From contig JASCQW010000122.1 of the NCBI GenBank assembly GCA_030264375.1, positions 27,164,859 to 27,228,858 of the forward strand: a stretch of 64,000 nt of DNA, given 5' to 3'. Shown here piece by piece: positions 1 to 12,815 of this stretch. Each line of letters starts with the position of its first letter. The first letter of the stretch is position 1. A model generated the notes under the pieces. The model did no database searches, had not been told where the DNA came from, and was given only the letters and a program-made list of their open reading frames with translations. Origin of the DNA: Carcharhinus longimanus (lineage: Eukaryota). The position numbers and the translations under genes were made by a program.

Positions 1-170
1 ACAAGTGCGGCGACCAAAACTGCACACAGTACTCCAGCTGCGGCCTCACCAGTGCCCTGTACAGTTGCAGCAAGACCGCCCTACTTTTATATTCTATCCC
101 ACTTGCTATAAAGGCTAGCATTCCATGCGCCTTGTTGATCACATGCTGCACCTGCAGACTGGGTTTTTGC
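1..170 (-). mobile_element. CR1 LINE ORF2 fragment
   Basis: Homologous to 22150-22320 (gaccaaaactg...ctcaccagtgccctgtacagttgcagc), the CR1 'VRPHLEYCVQFW' region on the minus strand. Confidence 0.75.
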
Positions 171-749
171 CTTACTAAGATGATGCCTAGCAATCTCATT
201 TTGGAAGTATCCGCACATGGCAGCTTTCCATTTTGATACCAAAATGGCATCCATCACTCTAAAACTGTGCTATGGAGTCCAATTTTTCAGCCATTGTTTC
301 TACAATGTTTTACAAGTTAAACATTTACAATTCAAAGCAAAATATAAATCAACACTTCCTCTGCATGAACATTAAGTTTTATTCTTCACATGATGAGATA
401 TAAATTTTGGTGCTAAACTTGAGTCAGGCTGAGAGACGTCCTTTCCATAGTTATGGAAAATTTGAGGTGAATTCAACCCAGTTTTCATGCATTTCCTTTC
501 ATATGCATTAAAATCTATGTGTGGATCCTTTGCAAATATTGATATCCCACATACTCGCTTTCCTAATTTCTGCAAGACCATAGATTGGCCTCTTCTGCAC
601 TGTAGGAATTCTATGACATCAACTATCTAAAGCAAAATAATAGAGAAAAAAAATGCATGAGTGCTTTTCACCTCAGCAGAGCATAAGGTTTTCCAAGGTT
701 AAAAATATTGCTCAACAGCCATTTCTAAAATTCAGTCACGTTTTTGTAA

Positions 750-1070
750 TATAGGCTAATATGCAACCAGTTTGAACACAAAGGTCCCACAAACAGAGCT
801 GACATAATTGATCAGATAATTTATTTCTAACGGTGTTGGTTGAAGGATGAATATTGACCAGCTGATCTCCTCTGCTTTTCTTGAATACTGTTGTGAGATA
901 TTTTTATGTCAGTCTAAGAAGGCAGATGGGAATTCGGTTTAATATCTCATCCAACAAATGGCACCTCTGACAGTACAGGACTGATGTGTCAACTTAGATT
1001 ATGTACTTAAGCTTGAACTGGCAACCATCTGAATCCAAGATAAGGAAGGGTACTATTGCTGAGCTAAGGG
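750..1070 (-). mobile_element. Ancient DeuSINE-like (AmnSINE1/SacSINE1-type) element
   Basis: Reverse complement resembles the Deu domain (ctgtcagaggtgccatttgttggatgagatattaaaccga...); recognised from memory. Confidence 0.55.
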
Positions 1071-1328
1071 AAAGATGTAGTACAATTATTGCAACAAAAC
1101 ATTAAAATACAACTACAGAGATCAAGTGCTACTAACTCAACAAAGCAGGAAGCTAATGGTAGAAAAACAAAATTCAATAGTGTTCCATGTCTGTGGGAGC
1201 TAGGAATGCCATTTGAAAATTTATAAAATAAAATGACTCATTTCAGGATGTGGTGTCCTCAGCAGAGGCCACTAAGTCCAAATCAAAATTTGGTGTGAAA
1301 TGTTGTCACAAGAGGACTTGAATTTATA

Positions 1329-1660
1329 AATCTAACATCTATATCACCCAGTTGCTCTTCAAAACGCTTAGCAACCAGTCTGGTTTAAGCCTCAAATCCA
1401 TCTGTCACTTCCTCCTCGAAGGACTCTGCTCAATAAATTTCAGCTGTTACAAAACTATGCCATATATCTCGTATTCTAGTGTATGTCTCATTTGCTAATC
1501 ATTCCCCATTTATGTTCCTGATCTACATTGGCTACCAGTCTCCACATGCCAGCAGTTCAAAATTCTAATATTTATGTTATGTTCCTTTTTGACTTACTCC
1601 TTCATATCTTTGACGTTCCCTGGCTCCATTACCTCCAAAAAAGTCTAGGCTCCTCTGTCA
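1329..1660 (+). mobile_element. Old L2-like LINE 3' fragment; left arm of an inverted pair with 4207-4526
   Basis: ctacattggctacca (L-H-W-L-P motif of the L2 ORF2 C-terminus); reverse-complement match to 4207-4526. Confidence 0.6.
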
Positions 1661-1693
1661 CTAGCCTTGTGCGTTCAAGTAGTCACCAGTCAG

Positions 1694-1890
1694 GACTGTG
1701 TGGAGTTTGCACATTCTCCCCATTTTCCCTCAGTCCAAAGATGAACAATTAGATGGATTGGCCATGGTGTATTAAGAGGGTTATGTGGATTGGGGGGGTG
1801 CGGTGGTATAGCCAAGGTGAGATGCTCTTTCGGAAGGTTGATGCAGATTTGATGTATTCAGTGGCGTCCTTCTGCATTGTACGGTTTCTG
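1694..1890 (+). mobile_element. Partial HE1/V-SINE-like SINE
   Basis: ctgtgtggagtttgcacattctcccc core shared with the other copies in the window. Confidence 0.7.
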
Positions 1891-2021
1891 GAAAGCAAAA
1901 TGTGTTTGGGAGGCATTCCTTTTTTTTAAGATCATGATATTAAATGTAAAATCAGCAACGTGGATATTTTAACCAGTTAGCATGTTGCAAGTATCTTAGC
2001 TGTTTTTAACATCTCTTTTAG

Positions 2022-2192
2022 GTTGGCAGTTTCTGTCTTTCAGAAGTTGAATCTGGAAGTGATGCATTTTCTTTGAAAACTTGTGCTGAAAAACACAAAG
2101 ATTATTATATCATTAATGGCGCCAAGATGTGGATTAGTAATGCTGATATTGCTGGAATATTCCTTGTTATGGCAAATGCAAACTTCTCAGCT
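2022..2192 (+). CDS. ACADSB: ACADSB coding exon (equivalent to human exon 5)
   Basis: tttag|GTT...GCT|gtaagt; 171 bp; translates [57 protein letters not shown], with the acyl-CoA dehydrogenase FCLSE..GSD and NG.KMWI motifs. Confidence 0.96.
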
Positions 2193-3884
2193 GTAAGTAT
2201 CAAATTAAATCTTTCTTTGCAGATCTGAGTTTATAATGAATGCAGAATCTCACAGACTGACTTTCTGGAAGAAAGCAATCTTAAACTTGAGTAGATTTGT
2301 GTTTGTGTGTGTCCTAATTATATAATTCTTAATTTTATTTAGTTAGTAAGGAACATCCATCTGTAATTGAAACAAAATAACATCTTGCCATTAATCTCCA
2401 ATCATGTATACATAATACAATAAACAGCTATCAAATGCAAGAATATATCATAAATATTCAAAGTTGAGTCTGAAATCTACTTAAAGGTTTTCATGGCCCA
2501 AATATTGTAACAGTGCATCCAGTGTTATTTTCCTGTAGAATTGAGACTCTATACTTAGTTATTACATCATTACGACCATCACCTGAAGTTGCTATACTAT
2601 TAGCATTGAATAAAATGAGTCATTGATCTGTTATTTTGACAATATAACCTAGGCCAATATATTTGTGCCTCCCAATATAATCTTAGGATAACAAAACACA
2701 CCATTGAAACACCATGGCTTTCTATAAAACTTCCATCCCAGTTGAAAATCATTTTAAGGTGAATGTCCTCAAACTCCAGCCACTCTTGCCACCATAACTT
2801 GGGCAGAGTTCAGTGGAAACTCTGTTTATATAGGCTTCTTCCTTATGGGCAGCAATGGAGTAGATAAGCTCTGAAAGAGAGAACTCACTCCTCTGCTCTG
2901 GATCTACTATCTTGCAACTGAATTTAGGAATTTATATTAAATTTACGGACAGACTGCAGTATTTTAAAGTAGAAGAATCTTTCCAATTCACACACAAACA
3001 TTGCTGACATTGTGAATGTCCTGCATTGTGACAAAAACAGCAAAGGAATGCTACTATACAACTCTCCTGATTGACCCCCTCATTACATTTCTGTTAATAT
3101 GTTGATAGATATAGCATTCCTTAATACTTCTAGTACATTAAATATCAATTGTACCCCCAAATTCACTTTAGATCATCAAGATGAATTTTTCTGTACCAGA
3201 ACACATTTTCAATTGTTTGTCATATTCTTCCAGCTAAAATTCATCTAATTCAGAAATAACCCATAATACATTGTGCACTTATCTAAAAACCTTCCCATTT
3301 ACAACCACTTACTTCTACTTGCAATCATGTAATACCTTTATTCTTAATAACTACAACTGCTATTATTTATAATAGTACCTTTTACAGTCAAAAAATGTTC
3401 CATGATGCTTCAGAGACATAAGAATAGACAAAAGGACAAAAAAAAATTAGGAAGGATGACAGAAAGTTTGGTCCCCAGAGACTGAGACATGATCCGCAGA
3501 CTGGAGTCAAAACACAGAAAACACGGGGAGATTTCTCCAGCAACAGAAACAACAACTCCCATCTCTGGAAGTGTCTTTAACCAATTCATTCTTACTGAAC
3601 TGTAGAGTTCCCTGATCCCGGCCCAGCGCAATCATTAATGTCCAAAAGCTACGGGAAAAAGTGAGTGTGAGAGAGGGAGCTGGGGAGACAGTCGGAGGGG
3701 GAAATAACCAGGTCTCGCGGAGAGGGTGGCCTGTTTTGTTTTATTGGCCACGAGGTCAGAAGCAAAAACACACAGACACAATTTAAAAAGAAACGAAACT
3801 CACCATCAAATCAAAAAATACCCAGTTGGGAGGGAACTCCCTGATAGAGAAAACCAATGTTCAAATTTACAGCCACTGGATACA

Positions 3885-4106
3885 GAGCACTGGTTGTGTT
3901 ACTCTGGACACTGGGTGTGACACTGGGATATTACTCTGGACACTGGGTGTGACACTGGGATGTTGCTCTGGACACTGGGTGTGACACTGGGATGTTGCTC
4001 TGGACACTGGGTGTGACACTGGGATGTTACTCTGGACACTGGGTGTGACACTGGGATGTTACTCTGGACACTGGGTGTGACACTGGGATGTTACTCTGGA
4101 CACTGG
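3885..4106. repeat. 32-bp minisatellite, at least 6 copies, running into a gap
   Basis: Unit actctggacactgggtgtgacactgggatgtt repeated head-to-tail with no unique spacers. Confidence 0.95.
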
Positions 4107-4206
4107 NNNNNNNNNNNNNNNNNNNNNNNNNNNNNNNNNNNNNNNNNNNNNNNNNNNNNNNNNNNNNNNNNNNNNNNNNNNNNNNNNNNNNNNNNNNNNN
4201 NNNNNN

Positions 4207-4526
4207 GACAGAGGAACATTGATGTTTTTGGAGGTAATGGAGCTGGAGAAAGTTAAAGATGTGAAGGGAAAGGTCAAAAAGGAACATAAATATGAGAATT
4301 TTAAATTGCATGCATGTGGAGACTGATAGACAATGTAGATCAGGAGTAAAAATGGGGAATGATTAGCAAATGAGACATGCAGTAGGATATATGGCATAGT
4401 TTTGTAATGGCTGAAATTTATTGAGCCAAGGCCTTTGAGGAGGAAGTGACAGATGGGATTTGCAGCTAAACATAGTCTGATTGCTAGGAGTTTTGAAGAA
4501 CGAATGCCTGATACAGATGTTAGATT
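4207..4526 (-). mobile_element. Old L2-like LINE fragment; right arm of the inverted pair
   Basis: Reverse complement of 1329-1660; the ORF-track peptides FMFLFDLSLHIF and VMFLFDLLLHIF reflect the match. Confidence 0.6.
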
Positions 4527-4633
4527 GGACTTTCCCACTAGGTATTTTGGGCACAATGACGAAAATGTGGATCAATCAACATAAAAGCTGCATTCCTGCA
4601 GATACTTTTATTTCTGAAATGTTTGCAGGGAAG

Positions 4634-4945
4634 TAGTGTAGTGGTAATGTCACTATACTGGCAATCCAGAGGCCCAGATTATTGCTGTGGGAACTCGAGT
4701 TCAGTTCCTACCATCGCAGGTGGTGGAATTAAAAATTAAATTGATCAACCTGGAATTAAAAGATAGTCTAATGATAACTGCAAAATCATTGTTAATTGTT
4801 GTAAAAACCCATCTGGTTCATTCAAGCTCTTTATGGAAGGAAATGTTCTGCCCTTACCTGATCTGGCCTAAGTGTAACTCCAGACCCAAATCAATGCGGT
4901 TTACTCTTGATTGCCCTCTGAAATGGCCTAGCAAACCTCTCAGTT
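4634..4945 (+). mobile_element. tRNA-derived SINE (second family)
   Basis: A-box-like tagtggtaatg, B-box-like gagttcagttcc; body matches 24720-25070 (aaaacccatctggttca...ggaaggaaat...ccttacctg). Confidence 0.7.
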
Positions 4946-7900
4946 TTATTGATATCATTAAGGAAATCTTTCTGGCATCTTCATGATGTGTGACAATGAT
5001 TTTTTAGTGGCCGTGTTGCAGAATTTGAGAAGTAAAATTGGTAGGCAGGCTTATTGAGTTATTAAGCAAGGTAGTTCTGGAATAATGTGTACTTAATTTC
5101 CCATACTCAGGCAACCCAGTTAACATGAAGCTAGACATTTTTAGGAACTGTTTCACATGCTACCGTCTTCAGCTGGCTTCGTAATGTTTCTTGTGGATGA
5201 AAATGGGAAATATCCTTTGGGAAAGAAAAGGTTTGTTAAAGTACTATACGGCAACTCAAACAATGGCTGTTGTGGGTGACAGTGAATTTTAGACGTTTTA
5301 AAATTCATTTACAAGATGTGAGCATCATGCTAGGCCATCATTTATTGCCCATCCCTAGTTGTCCTGGAGAAAATCAGATAGGGATGAACAATAAATATTC
5401 ACTAGCTAGCATTCTTCTACTTGACACTTCTACTCTATACATCCATTTGTCAAATAATTTAAAGTCAGATTCTTTGCAAAGGGCACACTGAAGATAATTT
5501 GCACATTAATTAGCTGTTTTGTAGATATTCATTTGTGCACAAAAATATGAGTAAGCAAACACCAGCTATTCATCTTGCTAGTTTGAAAAAAATGCTAGAG
5601 AGACAAGGACTTAATTAGACTTATGGACAGCAAGACTGCACCAGTCCTTGTCCATCACAATCTTTTGCTGCTTCTCTTGGAGGTCCTGAAATGTATTTTA
5701 CCAGGTCATCATCATCTTTGGCCCACCTCGTTGTCGTCTCCCACCTAGTGGTATTCACTCTATTGTCACTATGGCAGGAGACAAAGGACATGTCCTTTGG
5801 GGCATCTCTGTCACAATGTCCCACAGGTACCTCTGAAATTAAATAGGCTAGGCCCTTGTCATCAATTAAGAGTTTTGCAACATAAATGTATGCATGAGGA
5901 AATTATTAGGGGTCCTTGAGGGATGTCTTGTAATTTAATGTTTTGTTTAGAATATGGGAATTTTAAATCAATTTTTAAGTTTTGTTTGTACATTTAAACA
6001 AATTTTTATTTGGAGAGAAAAAGAAACCTATTAATTGTTTGTAGATGAGGCACATTAACTGCTGATTCACACATGTCCTGTAATAGACACAGACTGAAAC
6101 TTAGGTTGTTCTGTTAGGATGTGCATGCTTCTAGTGAGTTAAATATGTAAATAAATGCTTATGTAAGTTTGTAAAATATTGGCTCCAGTTCAAGCCTTTG
6201 CTAGCTGCCTTTCTGGAATTTTGCAGTGGACTTGGGTGTGACTTTTAGCCACAGATGTTTTAGAGATGGAAGTAAGCAGTGTATGTCATGGAAAAGATAC
6301 AAGGTTGAAAGCCCAGCTCAAGGTTGTAAATTGCCTGGTTCAGCTCAGGACAATTGTCTGGAATGGGGATTAAATCAGTGACAAGGATATGGAATTTGTA
6401 CTGAGCTGAAGATGATGGCTCGAGTCTTTCCAATATTTAGCCAGACCAAATTTCTGCTTGAAAGACAATATGCCAGTCAAGCTGTGATTGCATAGAACAG
6501 AGGAGGGGTTGAGATACAATGGTGACCTAGAGCTGAGTGTCTTCATTATACATGTGGAATCCAACCCAGTATATTTGAAATATTTTCTCCAGAAGGCACA
6601 ACGTAAATGAGGAAGAGGAGGGGTTCAAAAATACACCCTTGATAATATGTATAATTAGAGGAGACATTGCTGAAGGTGTTGTACTGTGATTAGATAGGTA
6701 AAAGGGAAATCATTGGAGGGCAGTTTATTAAACTGGACAACAAAGAGCGATGTCAAAGGTGATTAATCAATGTGCCAAAGGGCTACAGTAAGGGTGATGT
6801 AGAATAATGAACCACAATCCAAACTAGAATAATGATAGTCACTTTTTCATTTTGGTGGGTGTGGAGGGAATAATGAGAAAGGAAAGTAATACCTAAGCAG
6901 AAGGCAACATTTATCATATTTATCAGCACAGGCCACAAAAAGAAGTTGGATGGTCAACAGCTTACTGGGAATTGGATTGAGAACAGATGATAGGTCTCGG
7001 ACAAAATGAGCTGGGAGAATACATATGGGAACATAAATAAAATGCTGTGGATGCTGGAATCTGAGACAAGAACAGAGGATGCTGGAAAACACATTTCAAG
7101 TTGTAGATTTTTTTGTCCGATGTGAAAGGAGAGAGAATGTGTTAGAACTACAGACTACACCTGGGAGATTGGAAGAGACCAATGAATGATACTGGCTCAG
7201 TGCTAGGACTCTTGGGGATAGTGATGTGTGGGGACAGTCGATTGGCTTGGTAAGAAAGTGAAAAACACAGTCAAGGTAGCTGAAGGATGATCACAATCTT
7301 GGTGATGAAGAATTCCCTGAGATATTTTCGGTCATCAAATTCCACCCAAAAGCAGGCAATACAATTGATGTTTACTTATGAATTTGTATTTATTACCAGA
7401 ATTTATCTGTAACCTTATAGGATCAGGTTGGCAGCCAATTAAAATATTCATATAAATTCCACCATAACTTGCTATATAATTTTGTATAAAATATGTACTA
7501 TAGTTGCTAAATTAATTCATTATTTAACTCCCATTGCTAGATTCTTTTCTATAAATTCTAAAAGTTCCACTTACATTGCCTTTTTTTCTCCATTATTAAC
7601 TGTCTCCTTAAACCCCTTGGCCCTAGTCCATCCACCTTCATCAAATACATGTGACCAGCTTCTGACAATCTTTGTCATGAAAATTGAGAGCATCTCTTCA
7701 ACTTTCTATCTGACTTCCCCTTGTCTATCTAGTCCAAATGCCACCTCTTTTCTGCCTTCTTTCATGCATCTGGTCCATGAAATATGTTGTTTTTGCTTAG
7801 CTGCTGGCCACCCAATTTACCTAGCTATCCCCCATGCAATAAGTATAATAATATTGTATTCTTTGCAACCAATCCTCAAATTTAGCTTCAGAATATCAGT

Positions 7901-8148
7901 CTTCAAGCTATAGTGGTAATTCTGTTCTTTGAAGTTCATTTTAGTATTCAAATAGGAATAACATCCAACAGCCCACCTGCACCCACCTCATGCCATCCCA
8001 CATTTAAAATGTTCGCCATTGAGTTACCATGCGACTGTGTGAAGCTATCCTTTTGTGAATGACAAAACTAAGCGCACTTAGTTTTTCCTTCTCGCAACTA
8101 TTCTTGAAATTGGTTTGCTGTTCCTAAGTTATTGTCATGTATTTCCAG

Positions 8149-8274
8149 GGCTACAGGGGGATCACATGTTTCATAGTAGATAAAGACACTGAAGGCCTTC
8201 AAGTGGGGAAAAAAGAGGATAAACTTGGAATCCGTGCATCATCTACTTGTGTGGTCAATTTTGATAATGTCAAG
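8149..8274 (+). CDS. ACADSB: ACADSB coding exon (exon 6 equivalent)
   Basis: ttccag|GGC...AAG|gtacat; 126 bp; [42 protein letters not shown]. Confidence 0.96.
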
Positions 8275-8683
8275 GTACATTTTTTTCAAATTTATATTTG
8301 GAACCAGGTGTAATGTTATACAATAAGAAATCTTCACTACAACCACATTTCTTTTTGCTAATGTCCGTACTCCTTTGCTGGAAGGATGGGGTTCAGCTCG
8401 GGTATGGTTCCATATATACCAATTGCCTGCAGGTATCTCACCCATGTGGCAACTTTTCATATGCAAGCCTACAGCTTCACCATTAGTAGGTAGGTTGTTT
8501 GACTGTGAGGTACCACAGCCAAGCCTAATCTTTTTTTTATTCTAGCATTGGTCTATTCATTCTTCCAACAAAAGGTGCTAGTTCGCAATTGTGAACATGA
8601 ATCTTGGGTAGTTTAGCTCTCCTCAACAACAAGTTAACCACATGCCAATTGTAGTACCATTACTACCAAGCATAGACCAAAAA

Positions 8684-9772
8684 TCAATTATGATTTTTCT
8701 AGTTTGTACGACACTGCTGAGTCATTGGGAAAACGTAGTTATTTACTTGACTGCATTGTAGTGTGCAATGTATATAATTATTATTTACCAGCCTTTTAGT
8801 CTAATTTAGTTTATATTACATTTATTTATTATATGTAAAAATTATATTTTAATAGTAACTGATCTCCTGTGGGATACAAGTAAATTCCTGTCTAGAACAC
8901 AATTGCTAACTTTGCCTCTGATTTTAAAGCTACTGCATTCAATAGGAAAATACAGATAATTGGAGCCACTAATAAACTGTTAAGATCATGCAGTGAAGGA
9001 AAAGGGATGCAAAGGAATCCAGAACAGTGACAAGCATGTGGGGCATGTGGTAGGAGCAACAATCATAGTTGTGCTGGATGAAATTCAGGCTTATTCCATT
9101 GAATGGCTATCTAACAATAGAGGCAGTGGAAGATTGAGAGAGGTAGTGGTGTATAACAATTTCTTCTGTTGTGTGACAGGTGACCCCCATCACTGTAGGT
9201 ATNNNNNNNNNNNNNNNNNNNNNNNNNNNNNNNNNNNNNNNNNNNNNNNNNNNNNNNNNNNNNNNNNNNNNNNNNNNNNNNNNNNNNNNNNNNNNNNNNN
9301 NNATTGAGAGAGGTAGTGGTGTATAACAATTTCTTCTGTTGTGTGACAGGTGACCCCCATCACTGTAGGTATATAAGCCTGAATTTCATCCAGCACAACT
9401 ATGATCGTTGCTCCTACCACATGCCCCACATGCTTGTCACTGTTCTGGATTCCTTTGCATCTGTTTTCCTTCACTGCATGACCTTAACAGTTTATTAGTG
9501 GCTACAATTATCTGAATTTTCCTATTGAATGCAGTGGCTTTAAAATCAAGGTTAGCAATTGTGTTCTAGACAGGAGTTTACTTGTATCCTACAGGAGATC
9601 AGTTACTATTAAAATATAATTTTACATATTATAAATATAATATAAACTAAATTAGACTAAAAGGCTGGTAAATAATAATTATATACATTACACGGTACAA
9701 TGCAGTCAAGTAAATAACTACATTTTCCCAATGACTCAGCAGGGCCATACAATCCAGAAAAATCATAATTGA
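8684..9772. repeat. Long diverged inverted repeat (arms ~8684-9094 and ~9373-9772) in ACADSB intron 6
   Basis: Arms are reverse complements with scattered mismatches and small indels (4 mismatches in one 60-nt block checked). Confidence 0.92.
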
Positions 9773-10315
9773 CCAATGGACAACATGTCCACGAGCAAGA
9801 GAGGGGGTCAAGAATGAATATTTGGGGAGGGGAGGGGTGCTGATGGTAAGTGTATGAACGTGGGGGAAGAAGACAATGTTAGAAGTACTCTGGTCACAGT
9901 CACAGAGACAAGAGAAACCCAGCAAGTTGTGTTTTCATGGAGTATGGTGGGTCTGGGGAAATGTTTTGGTGGATAACATCTTGCAGAATTGGAGATTTTT
10001 GAAATCTCTCTGTAACAAATGAGGATCCTAAGGAGGCCTGGAGAAAGGGAACAAACAGATAATCAGGCCTCAACTTCTCAATCATAATTACATCAATTGA
10101 GTTCCTGTCTGACCCTTTTGCATATTGGACACGTTTTGTTCCACTCGTTGCTTTCCTTTTTGATAACTGATTTCTGTCTGTTTTCATCATGAAGCAATTA
10201 ATGCACTATTAGTGAGTTAAATGGCCATTATATTCTTCAATTAATCATTTTCTGAATACAATTGAATTAGTCCAAATGTTCAAAAGTATATTATGCAATT
10301 TTTCAAAAACGAAAA

Positions 10316-10623
10316 GGGGCAGCACAATGATTAGCCCTGCTGCCTGACAGTGTCAGGGACCCAGGTTCAATTCTGGTCTCGGGTAACTGTCTGTCTGTGT
10401 GGAGTTTGCACATTCTCCCCGTGTCTATGTAGGTTTCCTCTGGGTACTCTGGTTTCCTCCCACAGTCCAAAGAGTGCAGGTTAGGTTGATTGCCCATACT
10501 AAATTGACCATTAGTGTCAGGGTGATTAGTAGGGTAAATACAAAGGATTGTGGGGATGGGGCCTGGGTGGGATTGTTGTTGGTGCAGGCGAGATGATCTG
10601 AATGATGTCTTTCTGCACTGTGT
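10316..10623 (+). mobile_element. HE1/V-SINE-like tRNA SINE, near full length
   Basis: tRNA head with ggttcaattc B box, core tgtgtggagtttgcacattctccccgtgtct, CR1-like tail. Confidence 0.85.
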
Positions 10624-11889
10624 TGCCTTTCTTGATGTGTGAGGTGGGAGGTGTGTTGCTCTCAGGAGGGGGAAAATCAGATGGGCTGAACCTCCCGGGG
10701 TTTCCCGGTCAGAAGGCCCCCAGCTGTGCCGCAGACCAGCATCATCCTTTCGGGTGCCAATTGAACCCAGTGATCCTCCATGGGATAGAGGGGTAGCTGA
10801 AGTGAAGTCCAGAAGCCCAGCCATCCTCTACCGCTGGCATTTGTGAACTCTCACCAATGCCTGAACCATGAACCCCTGCACTATGGAGCTTATGCCCTCA
10901 AACATGGAGGTCATGAGCTGAACCATGGTGCAGACATCTCTTGCCATTGAATGCATGGCCTGCACCAAGGTCTCCACTGCAGACTCCACCCTTGCAGTTG
11001 GTCTTGTTGCACTGAGTGATAACCAGGCCCAGGGGCACAATGACCAGAGACCCAGCAGAATCCTGGCCTCGGGAAACCCTCCAAGTGCTGGTTTCCTGGA
11101 ATGTCCTCCCACTTCCTGTTGATTTTCAACTGAGTTGCTCACCAATTAGTGACCCACAAGCCTGCCTCTTTAGGGAACCCACTGAGGTGAGTATCTGCAC
11201 TAGTGCTGGGGAAGGGTGACAGTTATGATGCCTCTTCAACAGTAGGATCTGAGGAGTTTCCCTTGGGAGTTGCTCTTGTCCAGAGCGTCCAGGGGTCACT
11301 AGGATGGTCTGGGATGCTTGGCTGCTTTGCTTGAAAGAGCAGGGAGATGGCACTAAAGCATTAAATGGGATGNNNNNNNNNNNNNNNNNNNNNNNNNNNN
11401 NNNNNNNNNNNNNNNNNNNNNNNNNNNNNNNNNNNNNNNNNNNNNNNNNNNNNNNNNNNNNNNNNNNNNNNNNNNNNNNNNNNNNNNNNNNNNNNNNNNN
11501 NNNNNNNNNNNNNNNNNNNNNNNNNNNNNNNNNNNNNNNNNNNNNNNNNNNNNNNNNNNNNNNNNNNNNNNNNNNNNNNNNNNNNNNNNNNNNNNNNNNN
11601 NNNNNNNNNNNNNNNNNNNNNNNNNNNNNNNNNNNNNNNNNNNNNNNNNNNNNNNNNNNNNNNNNNNNNNNNNNNNNNNNNNNNNNNNNNNNNNNNNNNN
11701 NNNNNNNNNNNNNNNNNNNNNNNNNNNNNNNNNNNNNNNNNNNNNNNNNNNNNNNNNNNNNNNNNNNNNNNNNNNNNNNNNNNNNNNNNNNNNNNNNNNN
11801 NNNNNNNNNNNNNNNNNNNNNNNNNNNNNNNNNNNNNNNNNNNNNNNNNNNNNNNNNNNNNNNNNNNNNNNNNNNNNNNNNNNNNNNNC

Positions 11890-11965
11890 ATACCCCCACA
11901 ACTCTCTGCGTAAAGAACCTTCCTCTCACATCCAAATTATACCTCTCCCCCCTCACCCTTAAATC
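11890..11965 (-). mobile_element. CR1 LINE 3' fragment beside a gap
   Basis: Minus strand reads LRVRGERYNLDVRGRFFTQRVVGV, the typical CR1 ORF2 C-terminus. Confidence 0.75.
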
Positions 11966-12265
11966 CTTATCCAGGATTGCTGAATGTGTAACCAATCGGA
12001 GTAATTAGGATCTGGAATGCATTACCCAAGAGTGTCATTAAGGTGCATTCATTTATTCAATTCTCAAAAGAGAATTGGATCATTATCTGAAGGGAGAAAA
12101 TTTGTAGAGCTACCGGGAAAAGGAAAGGGAAATGACACTAAGTGAATTTTTCTTGTAGCGAGCCATCACAGACATGATGGAACAAATGGCTGTCTTCTAT
12201 GCTATAACTGCTCTATGATTCTGTATTTTATCAGTGAATTGGATCTTATTTTACTTGTGTTTCAG

Positions 12266-12358
12266 GTTCCAGAAAGTAATATTTTGGGACAGCTGGGTCA
12301 AGGGTACAAATATGCCATTGGAATGCTAAATGAAGGCAGGATAGGGATTGCTGCACAG
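12266..12358 (+). CDS. ACADSB: ACADSB coding exon (exon 7 equivalent)
   Basis: ttcag|GTT...CAG|gtttgt; 93 bp; [31 protein letters not shown]. Confidence 0.96.
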
Positions 12359-12815
12359 GTTTGTGGAACTATATATCTCAAGAATTTTTGCAGGTATGTA
12401 ATTCTCTGTCAGGCACTTGTTGCCACTAGAGGAGAGGATTCCTAGAGTGGCTCCTAGAGTGACCCAACATTGTACCACTGTGGGAGCTGAGCTGTGAGTA
12501 CTTGCTCAAATTTCTATTGCATAAGATTTTTAAGATATACTTAAGCTAATTATGTATGCTCTGTTAAAGAATTGATTAACTGAGTCAACTGGGGTAATTC
12601 CAGGATCATTCGTAGTCTGCGTTGTTTACGTGATCTTCGTTGGATTGTCTTTTGGCCTAAACACCTGGAAAATTGATTAGCATTTCTTATGTAAAATTCT
12701 GATTTAGTAAGTGCTTCTTTTTTGAAGTATGAAATAGGTGGATGCTTTGTAGAAAAAGCACTAAAATTTCCTTCATCTTTCAGGAAATATTTGTTTCAAA
12801 TTTTGTTCTCTCTAG

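Noticed and set aside
3885-4106. CRISPR-like array (32-bp repeats)
   Set aside because: Repeats are contiguous with no unique spacers, there are no cas genes, and the context is a vertebrate intron; it is a minisatellite
9133-9372. 70-bp direct repeat on both sides of the N gap
   Set aside because: Identical sequence flanking a 100-N gap indicates overlapping contig ends, i.e. an assembly artefact
8993-9474. Paired ORFs MKEKGCKGIQNSDKHV / MKENRCKGIQNSDKHV on opposite strands
   Set aside because: They are a by-product of the inverted repeat, with no domain or splice support
10316-10390. tRNA genes at A/B-box-containing sequences
   Set aside because: These are SINE heads followed by SINE bodies; no complete cloverleaf
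10303-12008. Long ORFs of 170-290 aa
   Set aside because: They are read-through of N runs or antisense translation of SINE and GC-rich repeat sequence
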